Shown here: in pieces, positions 17,692 to 27,129 of the stretch
Position numbering within the stretch: position 1 is the stretch's first letter
Layout: each line of letters begins with the position of its first letter
Assembly (NCBI GenBank): GCA_963705305.1
Contig: OY970067.1
Span: 5,581,312-5,645,311 of the forward strand
Source: an uncultured Methylomirabilota bacterium
Lineage (GTDB): Bacteria > Methylomirabilota > Methylomirabilia > Methylomirabilales > 2-02-FULL-66-22
Reading direction: 5' to 3'
DNA: 64,000 bases
Position numbers and translations under genes: made by a program
Notes under the pieces: model-generated
What the model saw: only the letters and a program-made list of their open reading frames with translations
What the model was told of the DNA's origin: nothing
Databases searched by the model: none

Positions 17692-19188
17692 ATGACAGCA
17701 CAATCCCTAGAGGGCCGTCTGCGCGATCTCCTGGCCGCGAAGACACCCGTTTTGCTGGTCGTTTCAGACGATGAGGAGCGAGTTGACGAGGCGATCCGGA
17801 CAAGCCTCGCCACCTTGCCTGCGGGAATCGAGGCCTGGTCGTGGACGGTTACCGAGGGCCTGCGGACGAGTCAAACCATCATTCAGGGCACCGCGGGTGT
17901 CGCAGACGCGCTGAATGCTGCCACCCGGTTGGATCGGTCCGCCGTCTTCTTTTTCAAGGACCTTCATCTCCTGCTGGACAAGCACGACCCCTGGCTGATC
18001 CGCCGGCTAAAGGATCTGGCCGCCTCCTTCCGTGTCCAAGGAAAGGCCCTTGTTTTCCGGTCGCCGAGCATCGTCCTCCCCGACGATCTGGTCCCCACGG
18101 TGGTGGTGGTGGAGGATGCACCCCCGACGCGGACCGAGCTGATGGCTTTGCTCCGGGAATGGAAGGGATCGGCGAAGCAAGATCAGGGGCCCCCGGCCCC
18201 GGATCTTGCCGAGGGCTTCCTTCGAGCTGCCGCGGGCCTCCGACTGTACGAGGTTCGCCGCATCCTGAATCGAGCCCAGCCACAATCACCCGGCGCGGAG
18301 GATTGGCTTCTCGCCGGACTCGTGGAGGAAAAGGCCCGGTTCGTCAATCGGAGCGGCCTCCTCGAATATGTCCCCTCCGATCTCACCCTCGAGCGGGTGG
18401 GGGGGCTGCAGAACTTCAAGGGGTGGTTGCAGCAGGAGAACACGTCTTCACTGAGGCGGCTCAGCGAGTGGGGCTGAGTCCCCCCCGGGGCGTTCTCCTA
18501 ATGGGCATCACGGGCTATGGGAAGAGTGTCGCCATCAAGGCCGCGGCCAGCTTTTGGAAGCTGCCGCTTCTCAGGTTGGACATGACGCGGCTCTATGGGG
18601 GAGAATTTGGCGCGCCGGAAGAGGCTGTCCGCCAGGCCATGCAGCGCGCCGAATCCCTGGCACCGTGCGTCCTGGATGGACGAGATGGAAACAGGGATCA
18701 GCCTGGCCGGCCACAAGGCCGATGGGGGGGCCGCTTCTCGCATCCTGGGATACTTCCTCACCTGGATGCAGGAACGGCGCGCCCCGGTCTTCGTCGGCGC
18801 GACCGCCAACGCCATTGACCTTCTTCCAGCCGAGGTCTTCCGCAAGGGCCGCTTTGATGAGATCTTCTACGTCAGCCTGCCAGGTAAGGCAGAACGGCAA
18901 GAGATCTTCCAGACCCACCTGGCAAGGCGCGGAATCAATCCGGGGGGGATGGATCTGGACCTTGTCGTCTACGGGTCCAAAGGCTACAGTGGGTCTGAGA
19001 TCGAGCAGATCGTGGCCGCCGCCCTGATCGCTGCCCAGTCTGAGGGCCGCGCCCCCACCGATTCGGACTTGGCGACCTCGCTTTCGCGGACCGTCCCGAT
19101 GTCCGTCACCATGGCCGAGCAGATCAAGCGCATAGAGGCATGGGCCTTCCATCGCGCCGTGCGGGCCTCGCCCGAAGACCGGAGCTGA
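17692..19188 (+). pseudogene. Ycf46-like AAA ATPase with two frameshifts
   Basis: Three-frame mosaic: ...VGGLQNFKGWL / [15 protein letters not shown]...APCV / WMDEME...[11 protein letters not shown]; shifts near 18439 and 18672. Confidence 0.85.
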
Positions 19189-19249
19189 CCGATGCGCTGC
19201 CATTGCGGTCAACAGCTGGTCGCTGTGAGTGAACTGTTCGGAATGAGTA

Positions 19250-19278
19250 TTGACGAGGTGGGGACAGGATGCTAAATT
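19250..19278 (+). promoter_or_regulatory. Promoter for fluoride riboswitch 3
   Basis: TTGACG-N17-TAAATT with extended -10 TG. Confidence 0.75.
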
Positions 19279-19284
19279 TCATTT

Positions 19285-19332
19285 GGCAATGGAGTCTGCC
19301 TGAGTGCGTTCCCCGACGCTGATGACTCCTAC
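19285..19332 (+). ncRNA. Fluoride (crcB) riboswitch 3
   Basis: GGCAATGGAGTCTGCC...GCGT/ACGC...TGATGACTCCTAC; GACTCCT can alternatively pair with AGGAGTC at 19357-19363. Confidence 0.88.
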
Positions 19333-19764
19333 CGAACTCGACCGGGTTACGGCAGGAGGAGTCGGATAGTTGCAGCGCAATCGGGGAAAGCGCGTTTCTG
19401 TGTTTACCTCTTCCCTCCCTGCTTTCCCGTTGGAAGCGTAATCCGTCTGCCCGGCCGCATGGGTTGTCCTGCGCATGATCCGAAGGAGGATCGGCGAACC
19501 CCTGTGCGCTGGCAGTCTTGCCGGAGCTGATCACGGACCGGGCGATGATTGCGAAATGGCTCGGGGCTGTCGAAGCGCTTCTGTCCGACTGCAATGAGGT
19601 GCTCGCGCCCACCGGGGGGAGGCACATCCTTTTTCGTAGCCAGCCGAGGCGCGGCCTTTCAGATTCCACCCGAGCCATGATTCCTCTGCCAATGATGCCG
19701 GCAAACTGGCGGCCGCCGGATGGCGCCGCTCGCTCACTCGGGGCTGTATAGAAAGGAGACGCAG

Positions 19765-21033
19765 ATGGGAGACAAGATCAAATCTGTCCGCGCACTGGAG
19801 ATTCTCGATTCGCGCGGGAACCCCACGCTTCGCGTGCAGGTGGGGCTGGAGAGCGGCATCCTCGCCTCGGCCTCGGTGCCCTCCGGCGCCTCGACCGGAG
19901 AGAACGAGGCACTGGAGCTCCGCGACGGCGACAAGAAGCGCTACGGCGGGAAGGGCGTCCTCAAGGCGGTCTCGCACGTCACCGAAAGGATTGCCCCGGC
20001 GCTGCGTGGCATGGATCCCACCCGCCAGGCGGAGATCGATGCCCGGATGATCGAGTTGGACGGGACCCCCAACAAGGGCGCACTGGGGGCCAATGCCATC
20101 CTGGGGGTCTCGATGGCCGTGGCCCGCGCGGCCGCCCTGAGCGCCGGCCTGCCGCTCTACGCCTACCTGGGAGGGCCCGGCGCCGTCCGGCTTCCGGCCC
20201 CGATGATGAACATCCTCAACGGGGGAAAGCACGCGGACAACAGCGTGGACTTCCAGGAGTTCATGGCGATGCCCGTCGGCGCGCCGACCTTCGCCGAGGC
20301 CCTGCGGTACGGCGCGGAGACCTTCCACGCGCTCAAGGCCATCCTGCATCGGAAGGGGTACGCTACCAGCGTCGGGGACGAAGGGGGGTTCGCCCCCAAC
20401 CTCAAGAGCAACGAGGAGGCCTGTGAGGTCATCCTGGAGGCCATCCAGGCGGCAGGCTACACGCCTGGGAAGGACGTTGCCATCGCCCTGGATCCGGCGG
20501 CCAGCTCCTTCTTTGAGGGAGGCGCCTACAACCTGGTCAAGTCGGGCCAGGGAAAGAAGACCAGCACGGAGATGACGGCGCTGTATCGCTCGTGGCTGGA
20601 CAAGTACCCCATCGTCTCCATCGAGGATGGCCTGGCGGAAACCGACTGGCACGGATTCCGCGAGCACACTGCCGCGCTGGGTGGCCGCGTCCAGATCGTG
20701 GGCGATGACATCTACGTCACCAACACCCGGTTCATCGCGCGGGGCATCCAGGAGCGCACGACGAACGCCGTGCTCATCAAGCTGAACCAGATCGGGACGG
20801 TCACCGAGACGATTCGGGCGATCGAGATGTGCCGGAAGGCCGGGTGGGGCTACGTGGTCTCCCACCGGTCCGGCGAGACCGAGGATGCCTTCCTGGCGGA
20901 TTTCGCCGTGGCCATGGGCGGGGGCCAGATCAAGACCGGCTCGGCCTGCCGGAGCGAGCGGATCGCCAAGTACAACCGCCTCCTGGAGATCGAGGCGGAG
21001 CTGGGAAAGACTGCGGTGTATGGAAAGGCATGA
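19765..21033 (+). CDS. eno: Enolase (phosphopyruvate hydratase)
   Basis: [52 protein letters not shown]. Confidence 0.97.
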   Translation: MGDKIKSVRALEILDSRGNPTLRVQVGLESGILASASVPSGASTGENEALELRDGDKKRYGGKGVLKAVSHVTERIAPALRGMDPTRQAEIDARMIELDGTPNKGALGANAILGVSMAVARAAALSAGLPLYAYLGGPGAVRLPAPMMNILNGGKHADNSVDFQEFMAMPVGAPTFAEALRYGAETFHALKAILHRKGYATSVGDEGGFAPNLKSNEEACEVILEAIQAAGYTPGKDVAIALDPAASSFFEGGAYNLVKSGQGKKTSTEMTALYRSWLDKYPIVSIEDGLAETDWHGFREHTAALGGRVQIVGDDIYVTNTRFIARGIQERTTNAVLIKLNQIGTVTETIRAIEMCRKAGWGYVVSHRSGETEDAFLADFAVAMGGGQIKTGSACRSERIAKYNRLLEIEAELGKTAVYGKA

Positions 21034-21256
21034 GCGGGCGGTCTCCGCTGGGGATACCGTGGACCCGACACCCCTGGAGGATCACGCAGCCCTGATCAAG
21101 GTGGTCGACAGGCGCAGCGGCTGAGATCATCCACGGCGCGGCCAAGTCGGATAGATTCGTGCGACAGCTCTGGCGGCGCGACGGACGTGAACGGGTGTCT
21201 GCCGGCCGCCGCGCGGCCGGACGATTCCGGGCACCTGAACGGAGGCAGACATCCTG

Positions 21257-21553
21257 ATGGCGATCTCGATCGAGTGGGTCCAGACCCAGGTCAAGGCATG
21301 GGTCGTGGGCGAGGATCCCGAGGTGGAGGTGCAGACGCTGCCGCCTCGCGACGATTCTCGGCAGACTGGCCAAATCGTCCCTGTCCGCCTCCAGCGCCAT
21401 GGTTATCGGATGACCGTGGCTTTTCCCGAGGATACCTTCTCGGGATCGCCGCTTCCGGAAGCCACGCGCCGGACACTCGGACAGATCATCCGACTCCTCC
21501 GATACATGGAAAAACGGCATCTGCCTCGCCCCGGGACAACCGACCACGAATGA
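21257..21553 (+). CDS. Hypothetical protein (98 aa)
   Basis: GGAGG upstream; protein-like composition. Confidence 0.6.
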   Translation: MAISIEWVQTQVKAWVVGEDPEVEVQTLPPRDDSRQTGQIVPVRLQRHGYRMTVAFPEDTFSGSPLPEATRRTLGQIIRLLRYMEKRHLPRPGTTDHE

Positions 21554-21668
21554 CGAAACCGGGCACCATACCGCCTACGGGGTCGGCCAACGCCCTTTAG
21601 TACAATACAGCCACAGACCGTCCGCCAGGCCGGGGTGACCCCACGCCGCGGCCAGGGGAGAACAGCGT

Positions 21669-22619
21669 ATGACAAACCGGATCCTTTTCAACCTCTTGCA
21701 ACTCCTCGTCGTCGGGGGTTTTGCGCCGCTGGTCGCCGGCGTCCTCAGTCGCGGGAAGGAGATCGTCCAGTCCAAGCGCGGTCCCAGCATCTTCCAGCCG
21801 TACCGGGACCTGTGGAAGCTGTTTCACAAGGACGAGGTGGTCTCCGAGCATAGCTCGTGGATCTTTCGCTTCACGCCGTATCTGGTCTTCGTGACGCCGC
21901 TCTTCGTCACGCTGCTGATCCCCGTGCTGACCAGCTATCCGCTCTTCTTCGCCTTCATGGGGGATATGCTGGGCGGCGGGTTCGTCCTGGCCTTGGGCGG
22001 CTTCTTTGCCGCGTTGGCCGCCGTGGACACGGCCAATTCGTACGGCCCCGTCGGCGCCAGCCGCACGCGCATGGTCGGCTTCCTGGCCGAGCCGGTGTTC
22101 ATGATCGTCTTCTTCACCGTCTCGTTCGTCGCGAATTCCACCATTCCCTACATCGTCCAGCAGCGGTGGGTCACGCCCCTGGCCAATTTCTTCGCCCCGT
22201 CACACGTGCTGCTCCTGCTGGCGTTTCTCATGCTGATCCTCGCCGAAGGCGGGCGCATCCCTGTGGACAACCCGACCGGCCATTTCGAGCTGGCCATGAT
22301 CGACGAATCGAAAGGGCTCGAGTACTCGGGGCGCGGCGCGGCGCTGATGAAGTGGGGAGGCCAGATGAAGTTCTTCGTGCTGCTCTGCATCTTTCTCAAT
22401 GTGCTCGTGACCCCCTGGGGCCTGGCCGCCGGACAGGCATGGGGCGAGGTGCTGCTGGCGATTCCCCTGGTGCTGTTCAAGCTCCTCCTCCTGGCGGGGG
22501 TGCTGATCGTCATCGAATCCTCGCTGGCCAAGCTCCGGCTGTTTCGCATCGCCGAGTTCCTGGGCGCGGCCTTCATCACGTCGGTGCTGGCGATGACCGC
22601 CAGCATCTTTGCCTTCTGA
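21669..22619 (+). CDS. hyfC: HyfC/HycD-like (NuoH family) membrane subunit
   Basis: GPSIFQPYRDLWKLFHK; GRIPVDNP..HFELAMI; EYSG. Confidence 0.9.
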   Translation: MTNRILFNLLQLLVVGGFAPLVAGVLSRGKEIVQSKRGPSIFQPYRDLWKLFHKDEVVSEHSSWIFRFTPYLVFVTPLFVTLLIPVLTSYPLFFAFMGDMLGGGFVLALGGFFAALAAVDTANSYGPVGASRTRMVGFLAEPVFMIVFFTVSFVANSTIPYIVQQRWVTPLANFFAPSHVLLLLAFLMLILAEGGRIPVDNPTGHFELAMIDESKGLEYSGRGAALMKWGGQMKFFVLLCIFLNVLVTPWGLAAGQAWGEVLLAIPLVLFKLLLLAGVLIVIESSLAKLRLFRIAEFLGAAFITSVLAMTASIFAF

Positions 22620-22631
22620 CGAGGAGACCCC

Positions 22632-23324
22632 ATGTTCAGCGATCCCGCATCTGCGGCATGGCTCAGCCACCTCAACGCCCTTGCCGGCGGGCTGTTCCTA
22701 CTGGCCACCTTCGGCATGGTGGCCACGCGTCAGGTGCAGGCCTGCCTGCGCATTTTCATCGCCCAATCGCTCTGTCTCGCCGCGTCCGCGTTCCTCCTGA
22801 GCCTTGGACTCCAGTCGTGGCATGTCTTCGCCGTAGGGATGATCGACGTCATCAGCAAGCCGCTGGCAATCCCCTGGCTGCTCCGACGGACGGTGCGGGG
22901 AGAGGTGTACAGCCGGCGCGAGATCGACCAGCTGGTGAACATCCCCACGTCGCTGCTGATCGCCCTGGCGCTGGCCATCGCCGCGTATTTCTTGGCGCTG
23001 CCCCTCCTCACCGTGGCGGACGGGGCATACGTGCGCGTCAACCTGCCCATCGCCATCGCGGGCCTGCTGGTGGGCGCATACACCGCCTCCGTGCGGCGTG
23101 AGGCCGTCCCGCTGCTGCTGGGCTTGCTGGCGATGGAGAACTCGGCCTTCTTTGCGGGGATCGCCATCGCCCCGGGGCTGCCCCTGATCGCCGAGCTGGC
23201 CTTCACCTTCGACGTGCTGATCCTGTCGTTCATCGCGGGCGTATTGACCCGCACCATTCACCAGCACATCGGCACCACGGAGGTCGGCACGCTCGCCGCC
23301 CTCAGAGAGGGACCCAAACCATGA
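22632..23324 (+). CDS. hyfE: HyfE-like membrane subunit
   Basis: About 7 TM segments; KPLAIPWLL; LGLLAMENS. Confidence 0.85.
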   Translation: MFSDPASAAWLSHLNALAGGLFLLATFGMVATRQVQACLRIFIAQSLCLAASAFLLSLGLQSWHVFAVGMIDVISKPLAIPWLLRRTVRGEVYSRREIDQLVNIPTSLLIALALAIAAYFLALPLLTVADGAYVRVNLPIAIAGLLVGAYTASVRREAVPLLLGLLAMENSAFFAGIAIAPGLPLIAELAFTFDVLILSFIAGVLTRTIHQHIGTTEVGTLAALREGPKP

Positions 23325-24754
23325 GTCTGCCCATCATCTTGGGCTTGCCGCTCTTGGCGGCGGCGGTGTCCTGGCTGCCGTTCGGCTGGCGCGTGGTGGC
23401 ATCCGCCACACTCGCATCCGCCGTCGCGGTCCTGGTCCTGGCCGTCCGCGCGGCGCTGACCGTCGCCGGCGGCACGCCGCTCGTCGCCGTTCCGGACTGG
23501 ATCGCGCTGGATGGCTTCGGCGCCCTCCTGCTGGTCCTGGTTGCCGTGGTCGGGGCGACCGCGGCACTGTTTTCGTGGGGATACATGGGCCGGCACGATC
23601 ACACGGCTGGTCGGTTACGCTCGTACTACCTCCATTTCAACCTGTTCCTGTTCGCCCTCGTCGCCGCGCCGGTCGTGGCCGAGCCGAACCTGGCGTGGAT
23701 CGCCGTCGAGCTGACCGCGCTCTTCTCGGTGCTGCTGGTGGCCTTCGAGAACACGCACGAGGCGCTGGAGGCGGGCTGGAAGTACATCGCATTGATGTTC
23801 ATGGGGGCCGCGATCGCGCTGCTGGGCTTCCTCATTCTCTTCTGGGCCTTTCAGCAGGGTGGGGGCGGGCCGTATTCCTGGGCGACGCTGCGCGCCGCCG
23901 CCCCCCGGTTGCCGCCCACGCTGGTCGAGGCCGCCTTCCTGTTGATTCTCGTCGGCTTCGGCACCGAGGTGGGGTTCGTGCCGCTTCATACCTGGCTGCC
24001 CGACGCCCACAGCCAGGCCCCGTCCCCCGTCTGCGCCCTGCTCTCGGGGGTCAAGACCACGGTCTCCCTCTACGTGATCCTGCGCCTGGTGCCTTTGCTG
24101 CCGGAACGCCAGGCGCAGCCATGGCTCCTGGCCGTGGGGCTCATCTCCGTGGGTGCCGCGGCCTTTCTCCTGCTCCAGGTGGACGATTACAAGCGCCTGT
24201 TCGCCTTTTCCACCGTGGAGCACATGGGAATCATCGCCGCCGCCGCCGGGCTAGGCACGGCCGGCGGCTACTACGGGGCCATGTTCCAAATGCTCACCCA
24301 TTCCCTGGCCAAGTCCTTCTGCTTCCTCGCCTCCGGGGCGGCCTTGCTGGCGGTGCGGACTCGGCGGATCGGCGCCGTCCGCGGATTGGCCCGGACGTCG
24401 CCGCCGGCCGCTGTGGCCATGCTGTTTGGGGGGCTCGTGGTGGCCGGGGCGCCGCCGTTCGCCGTCTTCCTGAGCGAGCTCACGATCTTCAGGGCCGGCC
24501 TGGCGGCCGGGCGCTACGTCGTGACGGGGCTCCTGGCCCTCTTCATTGCCATCGCCTTCTTCGCCACGCTTTTGCACCTGAACCGCATGGTGTTCGGTCC
24601 TCCCGCGGCCAGTTCGACGGCGCCGCCGCGCCTACCCGGAAGCTGCTTCCTGGCGCTCATCCTGGCTGCGATGCCCCTGGCGCTGCTGGGCGTCTACCTC
24701 CCGGCGCCCATTCATCAACTCTTGCAGGCGGCCGCGGCCGCCCTGACGAGGTGA
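23321..24754 (+). CDS. hyfF: HyfF-like antiporter-family subunit
   Basis: WIAVELT, LEAGWKY, PLHTWLPDAHSQAP, KRLFAFSTVEHMG. Confidence 0.9.
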   Translation: MSLPIILGLPLLAAAVSWLPFGWRVVASATLASAVAVLVLAVRAALTVAGGTPLVAVPDWIALDGFGALLLVLVAVVGATAALFSWGYMGRHDHTAGRLRSYYLHFNLFLFALVAAPVVAEPNLAWIAVELTALFSVLLVAFENTHEALEAGWKYIALMFMGAAIALLGFLILFWAFQQGGGGPYSWATLRAAAPRLPPTLVEAAFLLILVGFGTEVGFVPLHTWLPDAHSQAPSPVCALLSGVKTTVSLYVILRLVPLLPERQAQPWLLAVGLISVGAAAFLLLQVDDYKRLFAFSTVEHMGIIAAAAGLGTAGGYYGAMFQMLTHSLAKSFCFLASGAALLAVRTRRIGAVRGLARTSPPAAVAMLFGGLVVAGAPPFAVFLSELTIFRAGLAAGRYVVTGLLALFIAIAFFATLLHLNRMVFGPPAASSTAPPRLPGSCFLALILAAMPLALLGVYLPAPIHQLLQAAAAALTR

Positions 24755-24761
24755 GCCGCCG

Positions 24762-26339
24762 ATGAACCTGACCGAGGTACAGACGCACATCGCCCGGCGC
24801 TGGTCGGGGCTGGCCGAGAGTCGGCTGGAGGGCTGCCCGCCCCTTTTGGAGGTGACCTCCGCGCCCCGGGCTCTCCCCGACATCTGCGGATGGCTCTTCA
24901 GCGACTTGGGGTACAGCTTCGCCGGCTTGATCGTCGAGGAGGGGCCGTCCCAGTGGGAGCTGCGCTACCCGTTCTACGGCGAGGGGGAGGCCGCCTGGGT
25001 CCACGTGCTCGTCCGCCGGCCGCTGGACGAGGCCAGGCTTCCCAGCATCAGCGAACCCGTCCACGCAGCGGACTGGCATGAGCGCGAGGCGGAGGACCTG
25101 TTCGGTCTGGTCTTCGAAGGCCATCCCCGGCTGGGGGACTTCGTGCTGCACGATGACCGGTGGCAGGAGGGCGTGGAGCCCATGCGCCGCTCCTTTTCCG
25201 CGCACCGACCCCTGGCGGAGCGCCACCCCAACGTCAAAAGGCGGCCGCGCCGGATTGTGCGGGCCCCGGGCGCGTTTGCGATGCCGATTGGGCCGGTGTT
25301 CGCCGGCCAGGCCGAGGCTGTCCACTTCCTGCTGGAAACGGTGGGGGAGGATGTGATCCGCGCCATCCCTCGCCTCTTCTACAAGTATCGCGGCATCGAG
25401 AAGCTTGCCGAGGGGCGTTCGCTGGAGGAGACCCTGCTGCTGGCGGAGCGGTTCTGCGCCACCTCCGCCTTCGCCCACGCCCTGGGGTTCTGCCTGGCCG
25501 TCGAGGCGATCGCCGGCGCGGCGGCGCCGGCGCGCGCCCAAGCCCTGCGTGTCATGCTGGCAGAGCTGGAGCGCTTCCGCCATCATGTGGCGGCGATCCA
25601 GGCGATCTGCGAATCCACGGCGCTCGCCGTCGCCGCCAGCCAGGCGGCCATGCTCGAAGAGGATCTGCTGCGGCTCAGCGGGGCGCTCTCCGGCCATCGA
25701 TACCTGTTCGGTCTGCTGACGCCCGGCGGGCTCACGCGCGACTTCGAAGACGCCGCCTGCCGGACGGCGGTCGGTGGCGTCCGGGTGGTCCTGAGCCGCC
25801 TGGTGGAGATTCAGCAGATGCTCCAGTTCTCCAGCAGCTTTCTCGACCGGATCGAGCAGGTCGGCATCACCCCGGAGAAGGAGGTGCGCCTGCACGGCCT
25901 CGTGGGTCCGGTGGCGCGCGCCGCCGGCGTGGCCCGCGATCTCCGACGGGCCCAGCCCTACTGCGGCTACGATGCGCTCCCCTTCGAGGTGCCCTGCGAG
26001 TCCGAGGGAGATGGCTACGCGCGACTTCGGGTGCTGTTCGCCGAGGCCGCCCAGTCGGTGCGGCTGATGGAGCAGGCGGCGGCCTTGCCGGGAGGGCCGG
26101 TGCTGGCCCCTGTACAGATGCGGCCAGGGGCCGCCATGGGCTGGACGGAGGCGCCTCGGGGCGCAGCGCTTCACTGGGTACGTATCGGGGAGGACGGCCA
26201 GGTGGCTCGCTACCGGATCATGCCGCCCTCGTTCGCGAACTGGCACGGATTTCACGTGGCCGCCGAGAACTTCGCCTTCCAGGACTTCCCCATCATCCTG
26301 GCCACCTTCGATCTGTCGGTGGCGGAAAACGACCGGTGA
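24762..26339 (+). CDS. HyfG/HycE-like large subunit without NiFe ligands (Ehr type)
   Basis: NuoC+NuoD architecture (WHEREAEDLFG..F.GHP; EAPRG); ERFCATSAFAH and C-terminal FDLSVAENDR lack both CxxC pairs. Confidence 0.88.
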   Translation: MNLTEVQTHIARRWSGLAESRLEGCPPLLEVTSAPRALPDICGWLFSDLGYSFAGLIVEEGPSQWELRYPFYGEGEAAWVHVLVRRPLDEARLPSISEPVHAADWHEREAEDLFGLVFEGHPRLGDFVLHDDRWQEGVEPMRRSFSAHRPLAERHPNVKRRPRRIVRAPGAFAMPIGPVFAGQAEAVHFLLETVGEDVIRAIPRLFYKYRGIEKLAEGRSLEETLLLAERFCATSAFAHALGFCLAVEAIAGAAAPARAQALRVMLAELERFRHHVAAIQAICESTALAVAASQAAMLEEDLLRLSGALSGHRYLFGLLTPGGLTRDFEDAACRTAVGGVRVVLSRLVEIQQMLQFSSSFLDRIEQVGITPEKEVRLHGLVGPVARAAGVARDLRRAQPYCGYDALPFEVPCESEGDGYARLRVLFAEAAQSVRLMEQAAALPGGPVLAPVQMRPGAAMGWTEAPRGAALHWVRIGEDGQVARYRIMPPSFANWHGFHVAAENFAFQDFPIILATFDLSVAENDR

Positions 26340-26358
26340 TTGTGAGAGAGGACGGGAC

Positions 26359-27129
26359 ATGACTCAATGGGTTCGCAAGGGGATCTCCAGCGGGGTGAAG
26401 ACCACGCGCTATCCTGATGCCGCAGATACGACGCCGGGCCTGTCCCCGGGACTGCCGCTGGGCGGCGGATATCCGGCGGCCGAGATTTCCTCGCTCGTCG
26501 ATCGCTGTCCGACCAAGGCGATCAGCGCGAGGGACGCTGGCGGCGTCGCCGTGGATTACCGTCGCTGCATTCACTGCTTCCGGTGCGCCCGCGGACCGGG
26601 CGCGCCGTTGGCCTGGACTCCGGGCTACGAGTGGGGTGCGCGGGGAGGCGAGGTCTCGCCCGATCCTCTGGGCGCCGCCTTCGAGCGGTCGCTGTACATT
26701 CTGGTCGTGGACGCCGGCGACTGCGGGGCCTGCCTGAGCGAGGTCAGACAGCTCAACAATCCCTACTACAACATGCACCGCCTCGGTTTCTTCATCACCC
26801 CGACCCCCCGGCTGGCGGATGTGCTCCTGGTGGTGGGTCCCGTGACCGACCACATGCGGCGCCCCCTGCAGAAGACGTATGAGGCGATGCCGACGCCGAA
26901 GCGGGTGATGGCCGTGGGGGCCTGCGCCCTCTCGGGCGGCGTCTTCGGACCGAGCTTCGTCTCGGGCGCGGGGGTGGCGGAAGTGCTGTCCGTCGACGTG
27001 GCGGTGCCAGGCTCGCCGCCCCCCCCACTGGCCATCCTGCATGGTCTGCTGGTCCTGGCCGGCCGGAGACCCCCCGCCTCGCTTCTGTCCCCGGCGCAGA
27101 CAGCGGGTACGGACGGAGGAGGCCGATGA
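26359..27129 (+). CDS. HyfI/HycG-like small subunit fused to an N-terminal ferredoxin-like domain
   Basis: CPTKAI...CIHCFRC, then DCGAC, ADVLLVVGPVT, VGACALSGG, PGSPPPP. Confidence 0.88.
   Translation: MTQWVRKGISSGVKTTRYPDAADTTPGLSPGLPLGGGYPAAEISSLVDRCPTKAISARDAGGVAVDYRRCIHCFRCARGPGAPLAWTPGYEWGARGGEVSPDPLGAAFERSLYILVVDAGDCGACLSEVRQLNNPYYNMHRLGFFITPTPRLADVLLVVGPVTDHMRRPLQKTYEAMPTPKRVMAVGACALSGGVFGPSFVSGAGVAEVLSVDVAVPGSPPPPLAILHGLLVLAGRRPPASLLSPAQTAGTDGGGR

Noticed and set aside
19518..19751. 77-aa ORF in the enolase leader
   Set aside because: TTG start without a convincing RBS at proper spacing and no recognisable motif; could be a remnant but cannot be supported
24762..26339. Calling this a functional NiFe hydrogenase or formate hydrogenlyase
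   Set aside because: Both CxxC nickel-binding motifs are missing, and there are no maturation or fdh genes in the window
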